DNA from: a virus
Taxonomy: Duplodnaviria > Caudoviricetes
DNA: 64,000 nt
IMG/VR virus record: IMGVR_UViG_3300029705_000042
Reading direction: 5' to 3' (one strand)
Part shown: positions 34,911 to 47,493 of the stretch, piece after piece
Layout of the letters: the number at the start of each line of letters is the position of its first letter
Position numbering within the stretch: position 1 is the first letter of the stretch
Made by a program: the position numbers and the translations under genes
Notes under the pieces: model-generated
What the model was told of the DNA's origin: nothing
Seen by the model: only the letters and a program-made list of their open reading frames with translations
The model's database searches: none

Positions 34911-37900
34911 ATGGCTGATTATCGTATAGAATTAGGTGTCAAACTTAAAGACAATGCTATACAAGATGAAATTAATGAGGCTCAAAGAACATTAAAGCCT
35001 ATCGAGATTAAAGTTGATGCCGAAACAAAAGAATTAACCAATACAATAAAAGAAGCATTAAATAGTTTGTCAAAGGGTACTAAAAATGCTTTAACTCTTG
35101 ATACTTCTAAAATAGAATCGGCTCTTGGAGAAGTTGCGAATGAAATAAAAATAATTAAGTCTTCTATAGGCACTCTTGATGGCGGAGATATGAAGTCTCT
35201 TCTTGCTACCATTAATCAAATGAATACAGCCTTAGACAAGGCTTCTAATCAATTTGTAGAACTTAATAAAAGTTTAGATGCTTTGAGTAGAAAAGATTTT
35301 AGTCTTGATATCGGAATTAAACTTGGCGGCTCTAATTCTGTTATCAATAATTCTTTGTATGGTGATTTTGTAAAAGATGATGTATTGCCTACATTGAAGA
35401 AGCAAGAACAAGCGTTGACAAAATATTTGGCACAGTATTTTAATACAAATGAGTTTAGTGCTGTTGACAAATTGTTATCAAAGTCTGACAATGGTCTTGG
35501 CGGTGTCGGTGGCGTTATAGAAATTATGGATAAGTTGGAGTCGCCACTTAAGAAGAGTGAAAGTCTTAAAGACAGAATGCGAGAGTATAAGAACTTTATT
35601 AACGCCATAATAAGTTCTGCAAATATGCAAGGCATTGACCTTTCTCCTGTTCTTTCTCAGTTTGAAAAACTGCCAAATGAATTGATTGAAACCGCTGACA
35701 ACATTAGGAACGGTACAAAACAAGTTGATGAAAGTGTCGATAAATTAAAAAGTATTTTTGGCGGTGGCATTGATGTTGAAGGTCTCTCCTCTGCACTTCA
35801 ACCAATTATTACTGATTTAAGAGAAATTAAAGAGGCTCTTCAAGATTTATCAAAGAGCGTATCTCTTGATGGATTAACATCTTCGTTTGATAGGTTGTCT
35901 GAGACATTAGAAAAGTTAATGACTAATGCCAAATTGGTTCAAGATGTTCTTGGCAATGGTAAAATGGCGGTTGTCGATACAGACACTGGTGAAGTAAAAG
36001 AAATACAAGAGGTTATCGAGAACAAGAAAACAGAATCTCGACAAGCACAAGAAACCGCCGATGCTATTGTTCAAAGTGAAAAAAGAAAACAGCAAGCTTA
36101 CAGAGAAACCAATCGGTTAATTTCTGATTCTGCAAAAGAAGCTATAGATAGTGTAGGTTCTCAGTCAATTTATAAGAGTTTTGAAGTTGATGAGTCTGAT
36201 TCTATTAAATTCAGACGAGAGATGGAGAGTCTTGTAAGTCAATGGACTAACGCCAAAGGTAAATTGACTGATATTAAAATAGACACAACAACTGTCTTTG
36301 ACAAAGACACAGGACGAAACATTGAAAAGATTCGTCAAGCGCAAGTAACTTATAATAATGAGTTGGGCGAGACAATCAAAAAAACCATTGCATTAAGACA
36401 AATAGGGACAGAAGTCAAGGTAGTCGATGGAAAGGAAATGGCTTCTCCTATACAGGGTTTTGTAGAAGTATCTGGACAATACTCAAAGTCTCTTGGCAAA
36501 ACAAAAGTTCAGACTGATGCTTTTGTTAAGCAACAGAAACAAGCCGTTTCAAATCTTACAAATCAAATAAATCAATTAAATCGAGCTGCTAGCGACCAAA
36601 ATGCGTCCAGACCTATTAAGGATTCTTCGCATTTAGATATTCTTTCTTCTAAATATGAAGAAATTATTTCTGCTATTCAAAGATTGAAGAGTGCTTCGAC
36701 TGATACATTTGTTGACGAACAAAATAATGTTAAAGCGTTGATTTCTGATTTCAAGAGTTTGGTATCTGAATATAAAAATGCTGAAAACGTGTCAACAAAG
36801 ATGAAAGGCACTGATTTTACATCAGGACTTGATATTGCAAAAAATGATTTGGAAAAGTTTAAGGCTCAAGCAAGAGATTTTCCAAAAATTACTGCCACAA
36901 TTGAAGAGTTAGATAGAGCTATTGAGTCGGTTGGCGATGCCGCTTCTCTAAATAAATTTAATGACCAATTAAGAGTCGCAAGGTCTGAATTAGCAAAAAT
37001 TAAATCAGAAACTTCTGCTACTAATAGAAGTGAAAAGGTTGGCATTAATATATCTGGCTTAGAATCCAAGATTTCAGATTTACAAAGAATAAGTCCAGAA
37101 ATCAATAAGTTTGAAGCGGAAATAGATGGTGCAAAAGTCTCCGTACGGAGCTTGTTAAATGACTTGGGCAAGGTCAAAACTCAAGGTGATTTTTCGGTTG
37201 TTAATTCGAGATTTAAGGCGTTTGCTGATTCTGCGAAGGCGGCTGGTATTGCAGTTGCTGAAACTGTGGGAAAAGCTAAGTCAATAAAAGATATTAAGTT
37301 TGATATTGGTACTGGTAAGTTTGATGCACAGATAGTAGAAGTTGCAAATGGATTTGATAAATTATCACTTAAATCAGATGATATTCGTGCTGATATAGAA
37401 AAACTTAAACAATTGTTGTCTAATATGCAGACGGCTGCTGCTGTTGATGATATTGATGCTTTAAAAAATGCTTATAAAGAATATGAGAGAATATTAGAAA
37501 GCGTTAATAATCAGATAAGTATCAATACAACTAAACAGCAAGAAGCCAATAGACAACGAGTACAGACGAACAACGATGATGCGTTAATCGAGGCTAAAAA
37601 GTCACTGCGCTGGGATATAGATAATTATCTTAAGAATAATACGGCTGCTGCAAAGCAATTCGCCAGTACAATTAAAGAGATTCGTGCCGCTATAGACACT
37701 TGTGATGATAGTAGTGCTTTAAAAAATCTTAAATCACAATTCGATAATGTTAAAAGAGAAGCTAATTTTACTTTAAAGAGTACTCAAACTTTTGGTGATA
37801 AGATTAAGAAGCAGTGGCAACAGTATTCGACTTATTTGGGCGTTGCTTCTATATTCCAATATGCTGAGCAAGGTTTAAGGAGTATGTTTGAGCAGGTTAA

Positions 37901-38623
37901 GTTAATTGACTCTGCTATGACAGAACTTAAAAAGGTTACGAATGAAACCGATGAAGCTTATAATCGGTTTCTAACCAATGCCGCTACGAGGTCAAGAGAA
38001 ATTGGAACAACTATTGACGGTCTTGTAAGTTCTACTGCTGATTTTGCAAGATTAGGTTATGGATTCGAAGATGCTCAAGGACTCGCAGAAGTAGCGAATA
38101 TATATGCAGTTGTTGGTGATGAAATCAACGGAGTTGAAGGTGCGACTGAAAGCTTGATTTCTACGATGGCTGCATTTAAAGATGAAATGAATGGCATGAG
38201 TAATACCGACTTTGCCATGAGTATCATAGATAAATTTAATGAAATAGGTAACAATTTTGCTATCTCGTCGGGCGGTATTGGCGAGGCGTTAGAGAGGTCT
38301 GCTTCTTCTCTTATGGCTGCAAACAATACGATTGACGAAAGTATTGCGTTAATTACTAGCGCCAACCAAGTAGTTCAGAATCCCGAATCTGTGGGTAATG
38401 CCCTGAAGACCATTTCCATGAGAATTCGTGGGGCTAAGACAGAGATGGAAGAAATGGGCGAAGATACCGAGGGTATGGTTGACTCTACTGCAAAACTCAG
38501 AGAAGAGATAATGGCTCTCTCTGGGGTTGACATCATGATTTCGCCTACAGAATTTAAAAGTACTTACCAGATTATGGACGAACTCGCTCAGAAATGGGAA
38601 GACTTAACAGACATACAACAGGC
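34911..38623 (+). CDS. Tape measure protein, exon 1
   Basis: TP901-like core (DSAMTELKKVT, GNALKTISMRIRG); reading continues in exon 2 as QQA-SITELIAGKRQ. Confidence 0.85.
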
Positions 38624-40214
38624 AAAATGCTTGCCTGACAATGTAGAAATACATTGATAGAATACATTTAATTGCAGGTAAACCCTTAGAGCCTTGCACC
38701 ACAATAATCAGGAAACTAGATTATGAAGGTTTGACAACGCAAGGATTGGGCGTTCATGCAGCAAAGCACCCTACCGTTATACATAGACCATATGTTAATA
38801 GTCGAGGGTGAATGTTCACAGACTATCCCCAAGTCGGGATTTAGGAATATCAACGATGTTGATTATAAAATAAGAGTGGAAATCTCGAATACCTAAATCA
38901 AAAGGAGTACGGCATAAGTTAACGATGTGAGTGAAAATCTCTTAAATGGAAAAGGTGTACCCTTCCCCTATTCATATAGGAAAGGTGAAGAAATAGTCGG
39001 ACTTATACGAAAGTATAAAATTTATTTTGTTAGAACTTTAATTAAGGAAATAAAAGATGTTGAAGTATACTTATGAAGATGTATTAAAATCGTTTGAGGA
39101 ACGAGGATATACATTGTTAATAACAAAGGATGAATATAAAAGTGTAACGCAAAAATTACAATACATATGCAATAAACACAAAGATAAAGGTGTTTTGGAA
39201 ATTTCTTATTCTAAACTGATGAATGGTCGTGGTTGTACTTATTGCGGCAGAGAAAGAACTGTGGCAGCAAAAACTAAACCATTTGATTATAATGAAGCGG
39301 TTGAGTTGTGTAAAAAATATGATTTTGAGTTTGTTGATATAAAAAGAGAAAATAGTGTAATATACATTTATTTTATATGCAACAAACATCGAGACCTTGG
39401 TGTTCAAAAAATGAGAAAAACAAATATGAAGCGAGGCATTAAGGGCTGTATATATTGCAAAGGTGATTTGCCTGAGTGGTATGTTAGGCAAAAAATTAAT
39501 GAGTTATATCCACATATAAAGTTGACTGGTAATTATGTTAATATGTCTACGCCTATTGACTGTTATTGTGAAAAACATGATATCTATTGGAAGACGACTG
39601 CTCAAAACATATTATTTGGTCATGGTTGTATAGAATGTGGAAAAGAAAAGTTGTCCAAACAACATATTTATACCCAGAGTGAATTTGAAAATTTGATTAG
39701 ATTTGTTAATCCAGATATAGAGGTTATTAGCAATTATAAAGGTATGGAATATGATATAACAGTCAGATGTAAAAAATGCGGATATGTATGGACGCTTAAC
39801 GCTCAAAGCTTAAAAGCGAATGGAACTCGTTGCAAGAAATGTTCTTATACATACAAAGGTGAAGATAGAATTATAGAAATATTGCATAATTACAATTGTA
39901 ATTTTATTCATCAACATAAATTTGAAGATTGCAAAGACAAGAAATGTTTGCCATTTGATTTCTATTTGCCAGACTTTAATTTGTGCATTGAATTTGATGG
40001 TGAGCAACATTACAAACCTAAATTTGGTATGGATAATTTTATACAAACACAAAAACATGACAAAATTAAAAATGAGTATTGTGAATCTCATAACATTAGA
40101 TTACTGAGAATTCCTTATTGGGAAGGTAGTAATTCTGAAAGCATTATAAAAAACAAATTAAATATAAACTAACAAAATAAATTAATAGGATTTACGCTCC
40201 TATTTGAGAAAATG
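38624..40214 (+). mobile_element. Group I intron 1 (IA-like) with endonuclease ORF in the P9 region
   Basis: P AATTGCAGG (38670), R GTTCACAGACTA (38814), S AAGAAATAGTC (38988); IGS AATGCTT-GCCTG pairs with both exons; terminal G; splicing restores the frame. Confidence 0.9.
39057..40172 (+). CDS. Intron-encoded endonuclease (Zn-finger repeats + Vsr/DUF559-like EDxHD-type domain)
   Basis: CxxH/CxxC repeats; LPFDFYLP..IEFDGEQH..HDKIKN..LLRIPYW; flanked by stem TTTATTTTGTTAG/CTAACAAAATAAA. Confidence 0.85.
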   Translation: MLKYTYEDVLKSFEERGYTLLITKDEYKSVTQKLQYICNKHKDKGVLEISYSKLMNGRGCTYCGRERTVAAKTKPFDYNEAVELCKKYDFEFVDIKRENSVIYIYFICNKHRDLGVQKMRKTNMKRGIKGCIYCKGDLPEWYVRQKINELYPHIKLTGNYVNMSTPIDCYCEKHDIYWKTTAQNILFGHGCIECGKEKLSKQHIYTQSEFENLIRFVNPDIEVISNYKGMEYDITVRCKKCGYVWTLNAQSLKANGTRCKKCSYTYKGEDRIIEILHNYNCNFIHQHKFEDCKDKKCLPFDFYLPDFNLCIEFDGEQHYKPKFGMDNFIQTQKHDKIKNEYCESHNIRLLRIPYWEGSNSESIIKNKLNIN

Positions 40215-43200
40215 AAGTATTACAGAACTTATCGCTGGAAAACGCCAAGGAAATATCGTTTCCAGTTTAATGACGAATTTCGATACAGCCAGAGAAGCAC
40301 TTGAAACCTCAATGAACTCTGCTGGTTCGGCAATGCAAGAGCATGAAAAGTGGCAACAGTCTCTCGAAGCTCAAATTAATAAGCTTAAGGCATCTTGGCA
40401 AGGATTGTCTCAAGCGTTTTTAAAATCAGACTTTTTAAAAAAAGTTATTGATGTGCTAATTGACTTTGTAGATGTCTTAACTAAACTTATAGATAAAGTT
40501 GGCGCATTTCCTGTTTTACTTGGCGTTTTTGCTGGATTTAAAGTTGTTCCTGCACTTTTTGGGAAAATAGGAAAAACGGCAAAAGCTGCTGGTGGTGGAA
40601 TTAAAAGTTTCTCTGATATTTTAGCACTATTAAAACTATCATTCCCAAATGTTACAAAATTAATAGAGAACTTTATAGCATCTTTAAAAAAAAGCGAAGA
40701 TGGTTCTCGTGGCTTTACTAAATCACTTAAAGGTATTTGGGATGCATTAAAACAACATTGGATTATTGCAGTTGTTGTAGCGGCTGTCACTATATTAACT
40801 GCTGTTTTTGGATACCAAGCTAAACAAGCTGAAAAACTTTCCAAAAAAGTTGAAGAACTTACAGACAAATACAAAGAACAGCACGAAGAGTTAAAGAAGA
40901 TTAAGAATGACTACGATACTACTAATGAATCTTCGATGATTTCCAAGTATGAGAAATTATCAAGGGGTGTAGACCATTATGGAAGAAATATTTCTTTAAC
41001 CGCTGAAGAATATTCAGAATATCAAGATATTGTTAATAAAATTGCAGACCAATTCCCATCTCTTATTTCTGGGTATGATGAGCAAGGTAACGCATTGCTC
41101 TCTTGTAAGGGTAATGTCGAACAACTTACCGAAGCGTATGAAAAATTAATCCATGCTCAAAATCAAGCAATATTGACAAACACGGGCGATATCGAAAAAG
41201 ATTTTGAAAATACGCTTACAAAGGCTAGTGGTGAACATTGGTGGTCTAACGGTCATGGATTTTGGAAGGGTCTTTTTGTAAACGGGGCAGATTTTAGTGA
41301 CCATGTTGGTCTTGGCTCAGTTGATTTTATTAATCAAATTGGCAAACGAATGTTTGATTATGAGCTAAAAACTGACACCGCACAAGCCATTCAAGATTTA
41401 ATAAATGCTAAGAATGACAACGAAAAGAAGAAAATATTAGAAAAGTTAAAGCAAGACAAATATGCCGAAGAAGAACTTAGAGACCTTCTTCCTAGTATGG
41501 GTTATGATGTAGGCTTTTTTGAATCACCTTATAAAGTACTTGAAGAAGCGTTAGAGAAAGATTCAGCAAAGTTACAAGAAGTTGTTAATAACTATTATGC
41601 TTCTTTTGCTGAAGCAGTAGAAGAACAGAAAACAATAGCGCAGGCTAAATTAAGCGAAGCATTCGATGTTAGCAGTGTAATTAGCGGTTTAGATTATGGC
41701 AACATAACCGAAGAATTGCAAACACTTGCCCATCAAACCGTTGCTAATTTAGATTTAGATTTCTTTGAGGAACTTAATGAGCAAGGTAAAACTGTTGAAC
41801 AATGGACAACAGAACTTCTTAATCAACTTAATGCAGTTGGTAAGGTTCATGGAAAAACTATTGAAGATGCCTTTGAATTGCAAACTCAATTTAACGGTGG
41901 CGACATTAATTATGGTGATTATGTTGATAAGTTAAGAGAAGTTGAAAAGGTAATCGACGGACTAAATTTAAAAGACGAAGCAAAAACTCAACTTAAAATA
42001 AGTCTTGGCTTAGATGATGAGGGTGTTGTTGACCAATATGATGCGCTTATAAAGCGTTTGACAACTGGCGCAGAAAATAGTTTAGGCTTAGACGCTACGG
42101 CTGTCAAAAAATTTATAGATGATTTATCGGTTGAAGAATTTTCGATTCTTGCAAAAATTGTTCCTAATTTAGAAGCTGGTACTACTCTCGATGAAATTCA
42201 ATCTTTAATTGATGATAAGTTGGCGACAGAATTCAAATTTGACATTACTGTTCAAACTGAAGGTATTGAAGCCCTTAACACTGCTCTATCCGAATCTCGT
42301 TCTGCTGCTGGTTTAACTTCTGAATCAATTGCAGCACTTACTGCAAGATATGAAGATTTAGATGGTTTTAATACCGCTGCTTTATTTGAAAAGACAGCTA
42401 ATGGCATTCGCTTGAATAGTGATGAGTTAAGTAGACTTGAAGAACAATATGTAAATACTAATAAGCTTGAGATTGATAAAAATCTCAATTCTCTTGTTGA
42501 AAAGTATCAAGATGTCAATAATGAGCTGAAGACCAATACATCTTTGACATCAGACGAAAGAAAAGAGCTTGAACGCTCCAAAGAATCTCTTGCTGATAAG
42601 ATTGATGAATTATCTACTCTTGCCTCTCAATATGATGGCTTAACTTCTGCTTTTACCAAGTGGCAAAATGCTCTTGATGGTGCCGAAGAAGGTGACAATT
42701 ACGATTCTGTGTTTGAAAACCTTGAAGCTATGAAAGAGCTTGACGACAAGAAGCTGTATGGCACCGATAAATATAAAACCTTTGCTCAATTAATGAGTTA
42801 TGAAGATTTGTCGTCTGCGAGTATAGATGAAATTGGCAAAGCATTTGATAAGGGCTATAAAAAGGCTGAAAGATATTTTACGGAAACCAAACAAGGTAGT
42901 ACAAACTTCTTAAAAGACCTTAATAAGATTAACTCTGAATGGGCACATATAAATAAAAATGGTGATTGGGAAGTAAATATTAATGCCGAAGAAGCAGCCA
43001 AGAAACTTGGAATAAGTGTCGAGGCTGTTTTATTACTTTTAGACAAGCTTAAAGATTATGGTGTTGAAGTTAATATTGAAGATACTTCTGTTGATAACCT
43101 TAAAACTAAAATTGAGAAAACAGAAGCAAAACTTAAAGAACTTGGTCAATCCCCTGTTGATATTAATGTAGATATTGAAGCAAGCTCTTCTAATCTTGGC

Positions 43201-45870
43201 AAGATAGAATCTGAAATTGAAAAGGCTAAATCTAAGATTGCAGAAATAAATAATAGTTCTGTTAGTCCAGAAGTTAAAACCGCTCAATTAGAAGACGCAC
43301 GAGCAAAGTTAGAAGCGTTAATTCAAAAGAAACAAGAAGCAAGTCAACCTGCTTTTATGAATTTGAACACTTCTCAAGTCAATGCTTCTCTTGTTGATGC
43401 TCTTGAAAAAATTCAATCTTATCAAGCCGCTCTTAATGAACTTAATGAGTTAAAAGAACTTAAAGCTGCTGGCATTGCCATTGATGATACAGAGATAGCT
43501 GCTGCTGAAGAAAAACTTGACGGATTTGCAAAAGCAATCCAAGGTCTTGATGGCGATGTTAAGGTTGCAATCGGTCTTGAAGAAGACGGCAGTATTGATT
43601 CTATTCATAAGGCTTTTGAAGAAGGCAAAGTTAAAATAGATGCAAATACAGACCCCGCTCTTAATAAGATTGAACAACTTGCTGAAAATGTTGAAAGAAT
43701 TGAAGATAAAGATGTAACAATTAATGTTACGGTCAATGGTTTAAATGATGTTAAAGAACTCAATAAACAAATTGACCTTGCTACTGATATTCAAGGCGAC
43801 ATTGATAAATTATCTGAATATGTAGAAAATGCTAAGGAATTAAGTAAGCTTGGAAATAATATTACTTCAAAAGTTACCGCAGATGTTCAAGGTAATGTTA
43901 TTAAAACCCCAGAATATGAAATTAACAATTTAAAGGTGTTTACTGACGGTGCCAAGGATGTTCATTCTATAGGGTATGTTTCAAGCAAGGTCACTGCCGA
44001 TATTGATGGCAATGTTTTTGATAATAGTGAGCGTACTATTGACAATCTTAAAGCATACACAGATAGTGCCAAAGATATCAAAGAATTCAAAGGTGATATA
44101 TCAAGCAAAATTACTGCAGATATTGAGGGTGATGTCTTTGATAAAAATGAAAGCACTATTAATAATCTTGAGGTATTCGTTGATAGTGCAAAAGGCATAA
44201 AAGAAATTGAAGGTAATATTGTAAGTAATATTACTGCTAACACACTCGGTAGCGTATTTACCGACAAAGAACGCAGCATCGATAATCTCGATGTGTATAT
44301 CGAAAGTGCTAAAGGCATTAGGGATATCGAGGGTAATATTGTAAGTAATATTACCGCTGATGTTGATGGTAGTGTATTTACAGATAGTGAACGCACCATT
44401 GATAATCTCAAAGTATTTATTGACAGTGCTAAAGGAATAAAAGATTTCGAAGGAGATACTATCAGTAATATTACTGCAAACACTTTGGGTAACGTGTTTA
44501 CTGATAGTGAGCGTACTACCGACAATCTCAAAACTTTCATTGAAAGTGCTAATGGTATTAAAGATATCAAAGGTGACATTGTTAGTAACATCACAGCAAA
44601 TACCCTTGGCAGTGTATTCACTGATGAAGAAAAATCTCTTGATAATCTTAGTGTATTCATAGAGAGTGCAAAAGGTATCAAGGATATTCAAGGCGATATA
44701 GTTAGTAACATTACTGCCAATACTTTAGGTAGTGTTTTCGAAGACAAAGAGCGTAGCATTGACAACCTTAAAGTCTTTACTGAAAGTGCAAAGGGAATCA
44801 AAGAGATTGAAGGCGATATCGTAAGTAATATTACCGCCAATACTTTAGGAAGTGTCTTTGAAGACCCAGAAAGAGAAACAAACAACCTTAAAGTTTTTGT
44901 AGATAGTGCTAAGGGCATAAAAGACATTGAGGGTGATATTGTAAGCAATATCACAGCTAACACTTTAGGTAGTGTATTTACTGATAAAGAGAGGTCAATT
45001 GATAATCTCAAAGTATTTATTGATAGTGCAAAGGGAATCAAAGAGATTGAAGGAAACATTTCCAGTAAAATTACTGCTGATGTTGACGGAAATGTATTTG
45101 ATAAATATGAAACTACCATAGACAATCTCGGTGTATTTGTAAAAAATGCAAAGGGTATTAAGAGCGTTGAAGGTGAGGTTTCAAGCAAGGTTACTGCTAA
45201 TGTATATGGCAATGTACTCACCTCTGAAGATGACAAGATTTCCAATCTTGGTGTTTTTGCAGATAACGCCAATAAACTAAAAGGTCTTGGCAATTTTTCA
45301 AGTAGTGTTTCTGCAAATGCTACTGGCAATGTTGTTGAAGGCGAAGGTGCTGCAAGTAGGCTCTCTTCTTTAACCGAATTTAAATCTATAGTTAGCGGAA
45401 TGACAAATCAAACAGTGACTGTTAGTGTTACTGCCAAGGTAGATTCTGAAAATGTCAATGCTGCTATTGATTTATTGAGAAAGGTATCTGACAGCGGTGT
45501 GTTCAAGGATTATAACGCAACTGTTCAAGTCGGTGCTAAAATTGCTAAAATTGACGATACAGTAGTACAAAATTATAAAGCACCTTCAAAGGATAGTACT
45601 GTTAAATATAGTGTAGACCCAGAATCGAGTGTTTACACTTGGACTGCGCCTCCAAAAGATGGGGTTGTTAATTATAGTGCGAGTGTTGAAGCATTAACGG
45701 ATGCACAAAAGCACAAAACTGGAACGATTACTTATAAAGCTAAACTTGAAGGTTTTCCTGTTGCCACTGGAACAGCTAATGCCGATGGTTCGGCTAATGG
45801 TCGTGCTTTTTCTCGTGGAAATTGGGGCATAAAAGGAAGCGGTGTTGCCCTTGGTGGCGAGTTAGGTCGT
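40215..45870 (+). CDS. Tape measure protein, exon 2
   Basis: In frame with the 40270 ORF; hydrophobic segments, coiled coils and 40-aa repeats; ends LGGELGR. Confidence 0.85.
43861..45340 (+). repeat. About 12 tandem 120-bp (40-aa) repeats in the tape measure gene
   Basis: Unit IVSNITANTLGSVFTDKERSIDNLKVFIDSAKGIKEIEGD recurs every 120 nt (44218, 44338 ... 45058). Confidence 0.9.
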
Positions 45871-46022
45871 AAAATATTGCGACCATACATAGTGATATGT
45901 ATTAAAAAATCTATTTAATTGCTGGAAAATCCTTAGAGTTATCCTGCTACAACATAAGTCGTGAGACTAAGTGTGAATGCTTAAAAAGTGGATAAATTGG
46001 ACAATCAGCAGCCAAATTCCTA

Positions 46023-46051
46023 TTGACAAAATATTACTATTGTGATATAAT
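46023..46051 (+). promoter_or_regulatory. Consensus sigma70 promoter inside intron 2
   Basis: TTGACA-17 bp-TATAAT ~120 nt upstream of the intron ORF. Confidence 0.75.
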
Positions 46052-46172
46052 TATGATAGGAAGAGGTTCAACGACTATCCCCTGTGTGGGAGTAGAGCTA
46101 CAAGCGATTGGTAGTTCGAAAAGGTAGATATGTGAAATTAAAATAAATTTATTGATAAAGGTGGTGAGAAAA

Positions 46173-47423
46173 ATGATTGATGAAAATCAAAAGGTTATAG
46201 TAAGTTGGAATCCAAAAAATATAAATTATTATAAAAGTAAAGGATATACATTTACAAAATTATATGACGAGTTTGAAGTTTTTGTATGTGACTTACATCC
46301 AAATTCAAATATTCTTTTGTCAAATGTGTGTGACCATTGTGGAAAAGAGTATGACATTTATTATAGTCATTATACGAGAGCAATGCTTAAATTTGGTGAG
46401 GCTGTTTGTCAAGGTTGTGCATCAATTAGACAAGCAAAAAACACATTGGCACAAAGACAAGAAAATATGTATTCTAAAATATTAGAATTTTGTAAATTTT
46501 ATAATTATAGTCTTGTCACCAGAAAAGAAGACTTAAAAAATGTTGATAGTGAAGTTGTTTATATTTGTCCTATTCACGGAGAAAATGTAACTAAAGTCAA
46601 AAATATTTTAAAAGGCAGTCAATGTTATAAGTGTAGTAGGGTGTTGGCATTAAAAAAGAAAAACTTAACAACATTAAAACAACGGCAAAATGATTTATAT
46701 CAAAAGGCGTTAAATGCATGTATGGAAAAGGGGTATGAGTTAATTACTCAAAAGACAGATATTATAAATAATACAACTTATATTGTATACAAATGCCCTG
46801 TTCATGGTTTACAAAAAATGCGAATTTCAAATTTAATAAATGGGCGTGGTTGTCCTGAATGTAATTTTGATGCCAAAAGCGAAAAGTATAGATTGTTGTC
46901 AGATGAAGTAGAAGAAAGAATAAGTGCTTTAGGTGGTAAACTTTTAAATAAAGAAGATTATATTAATCTAAATGAAAGAAATCTAATCATTGAATGTGCT
47001 TATTGTGGAACGCCATTTGTTACTTCCCTTGTACTTTTTACTCAACATGGTGGTCAAATGTGCGACAATTGTAAGGATACCGAAAGCATCGGTGAAAGAC
47101 GAATCAGAAGTTATCTGGAATCAAATCATATTTTATTTGAACAAGAAAAATGGTTTTCTGACTGTAGAGATATTAAACCTCTTCCATTTGATTTTTATTT
47201 GCCCGATTATAATATGCTCATAGAATTTGACGGTAAACAACATTACGAACAAGGTCATTTTACTCACTCACATTTATCATACACACAAGCACATGATGCT
47301 ATAAAAAATAATTATTGTAAAGAAAACAATATCAATCTATTGAGAATTCCTTATTGGGATATTGATAAGATTGGAATAATATTAGATAATAAACTTTTAA
47401 TTTCACATAAAGATATAGTCTAA
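46173..47423 (+). CDS. Intron-encoded endonuclease (Zn-finger repeats + Vsr/DUF559-like domain)
   Basis: CPIHG / CPVHG / CxxC repeats; LPFDFYLP..IEFDGKQH..HDAIKN; last codons overlap the S element. Confidence 0.85.
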   Translation: MIDENQKVIVSWNPKNINYYKSKGYTFTKLYDEFEVFVCDLHPNSNILLSNVCDHCGKEYDIYYSHYTRAMLKFGEAVCQGCASIRQAKNTLAQRQENMYSKILEFCKFYNYSLVTRKEDLKNVDSEVVYICPIHGENVTKVKNILKGSQCYKCSRVLALKKKNLTTLKQRQNDLYQKALNACMEKGYELITQKTDIINNTTYIVYKCPVHGLQKMRISNLINGRGCPECNFDAKSEKYRLLSDEVEERISALGGKLLNKEDYINLNERNLIIECAYCGTPFVTSLVLFTQHGGQMCDNCKDTESIGERRIRSYLESNHILFEQEKWFSDCRDIKPLPFDFYLPDYNMLIEFDGKQHYEQGHFTHSHLSYTQAHDAIKNNYCKENNINLLRIPYWDIDKIGIILDNKLLISHKDIV

Positions 47424-47493
47424 ACTCATATGAAAGTATGAGGGGTTATTAATTGACCCTCACTAATGTAGCGAATTAGTGAAAATATAATTG

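Larger units (their letters stand above)
45871..47493 (+). mobile_element. Group I intron 2 (IA-like) with endonuclease ORF in P8
   Basis: P1 GGTCGT|..GCGACC with U.G wobble; P AATTGCTGG, Q AATCAGCAGC, R GTTCAACGACTA, S AAGATATAGTC (47410); terminal G; junction gives LGR-ELVVRDG. Confidence 0.92.

Noticed and set aside
43962-45329. Long minus-strand ORFs opposite the TMP repeats, and other antisense ORFs such as 922..1488, 3471..4049 and 29014..29880
   Set aside because: Shadow frames of strongly biased or repetitive sense genes; no RBS or plausible protein composition
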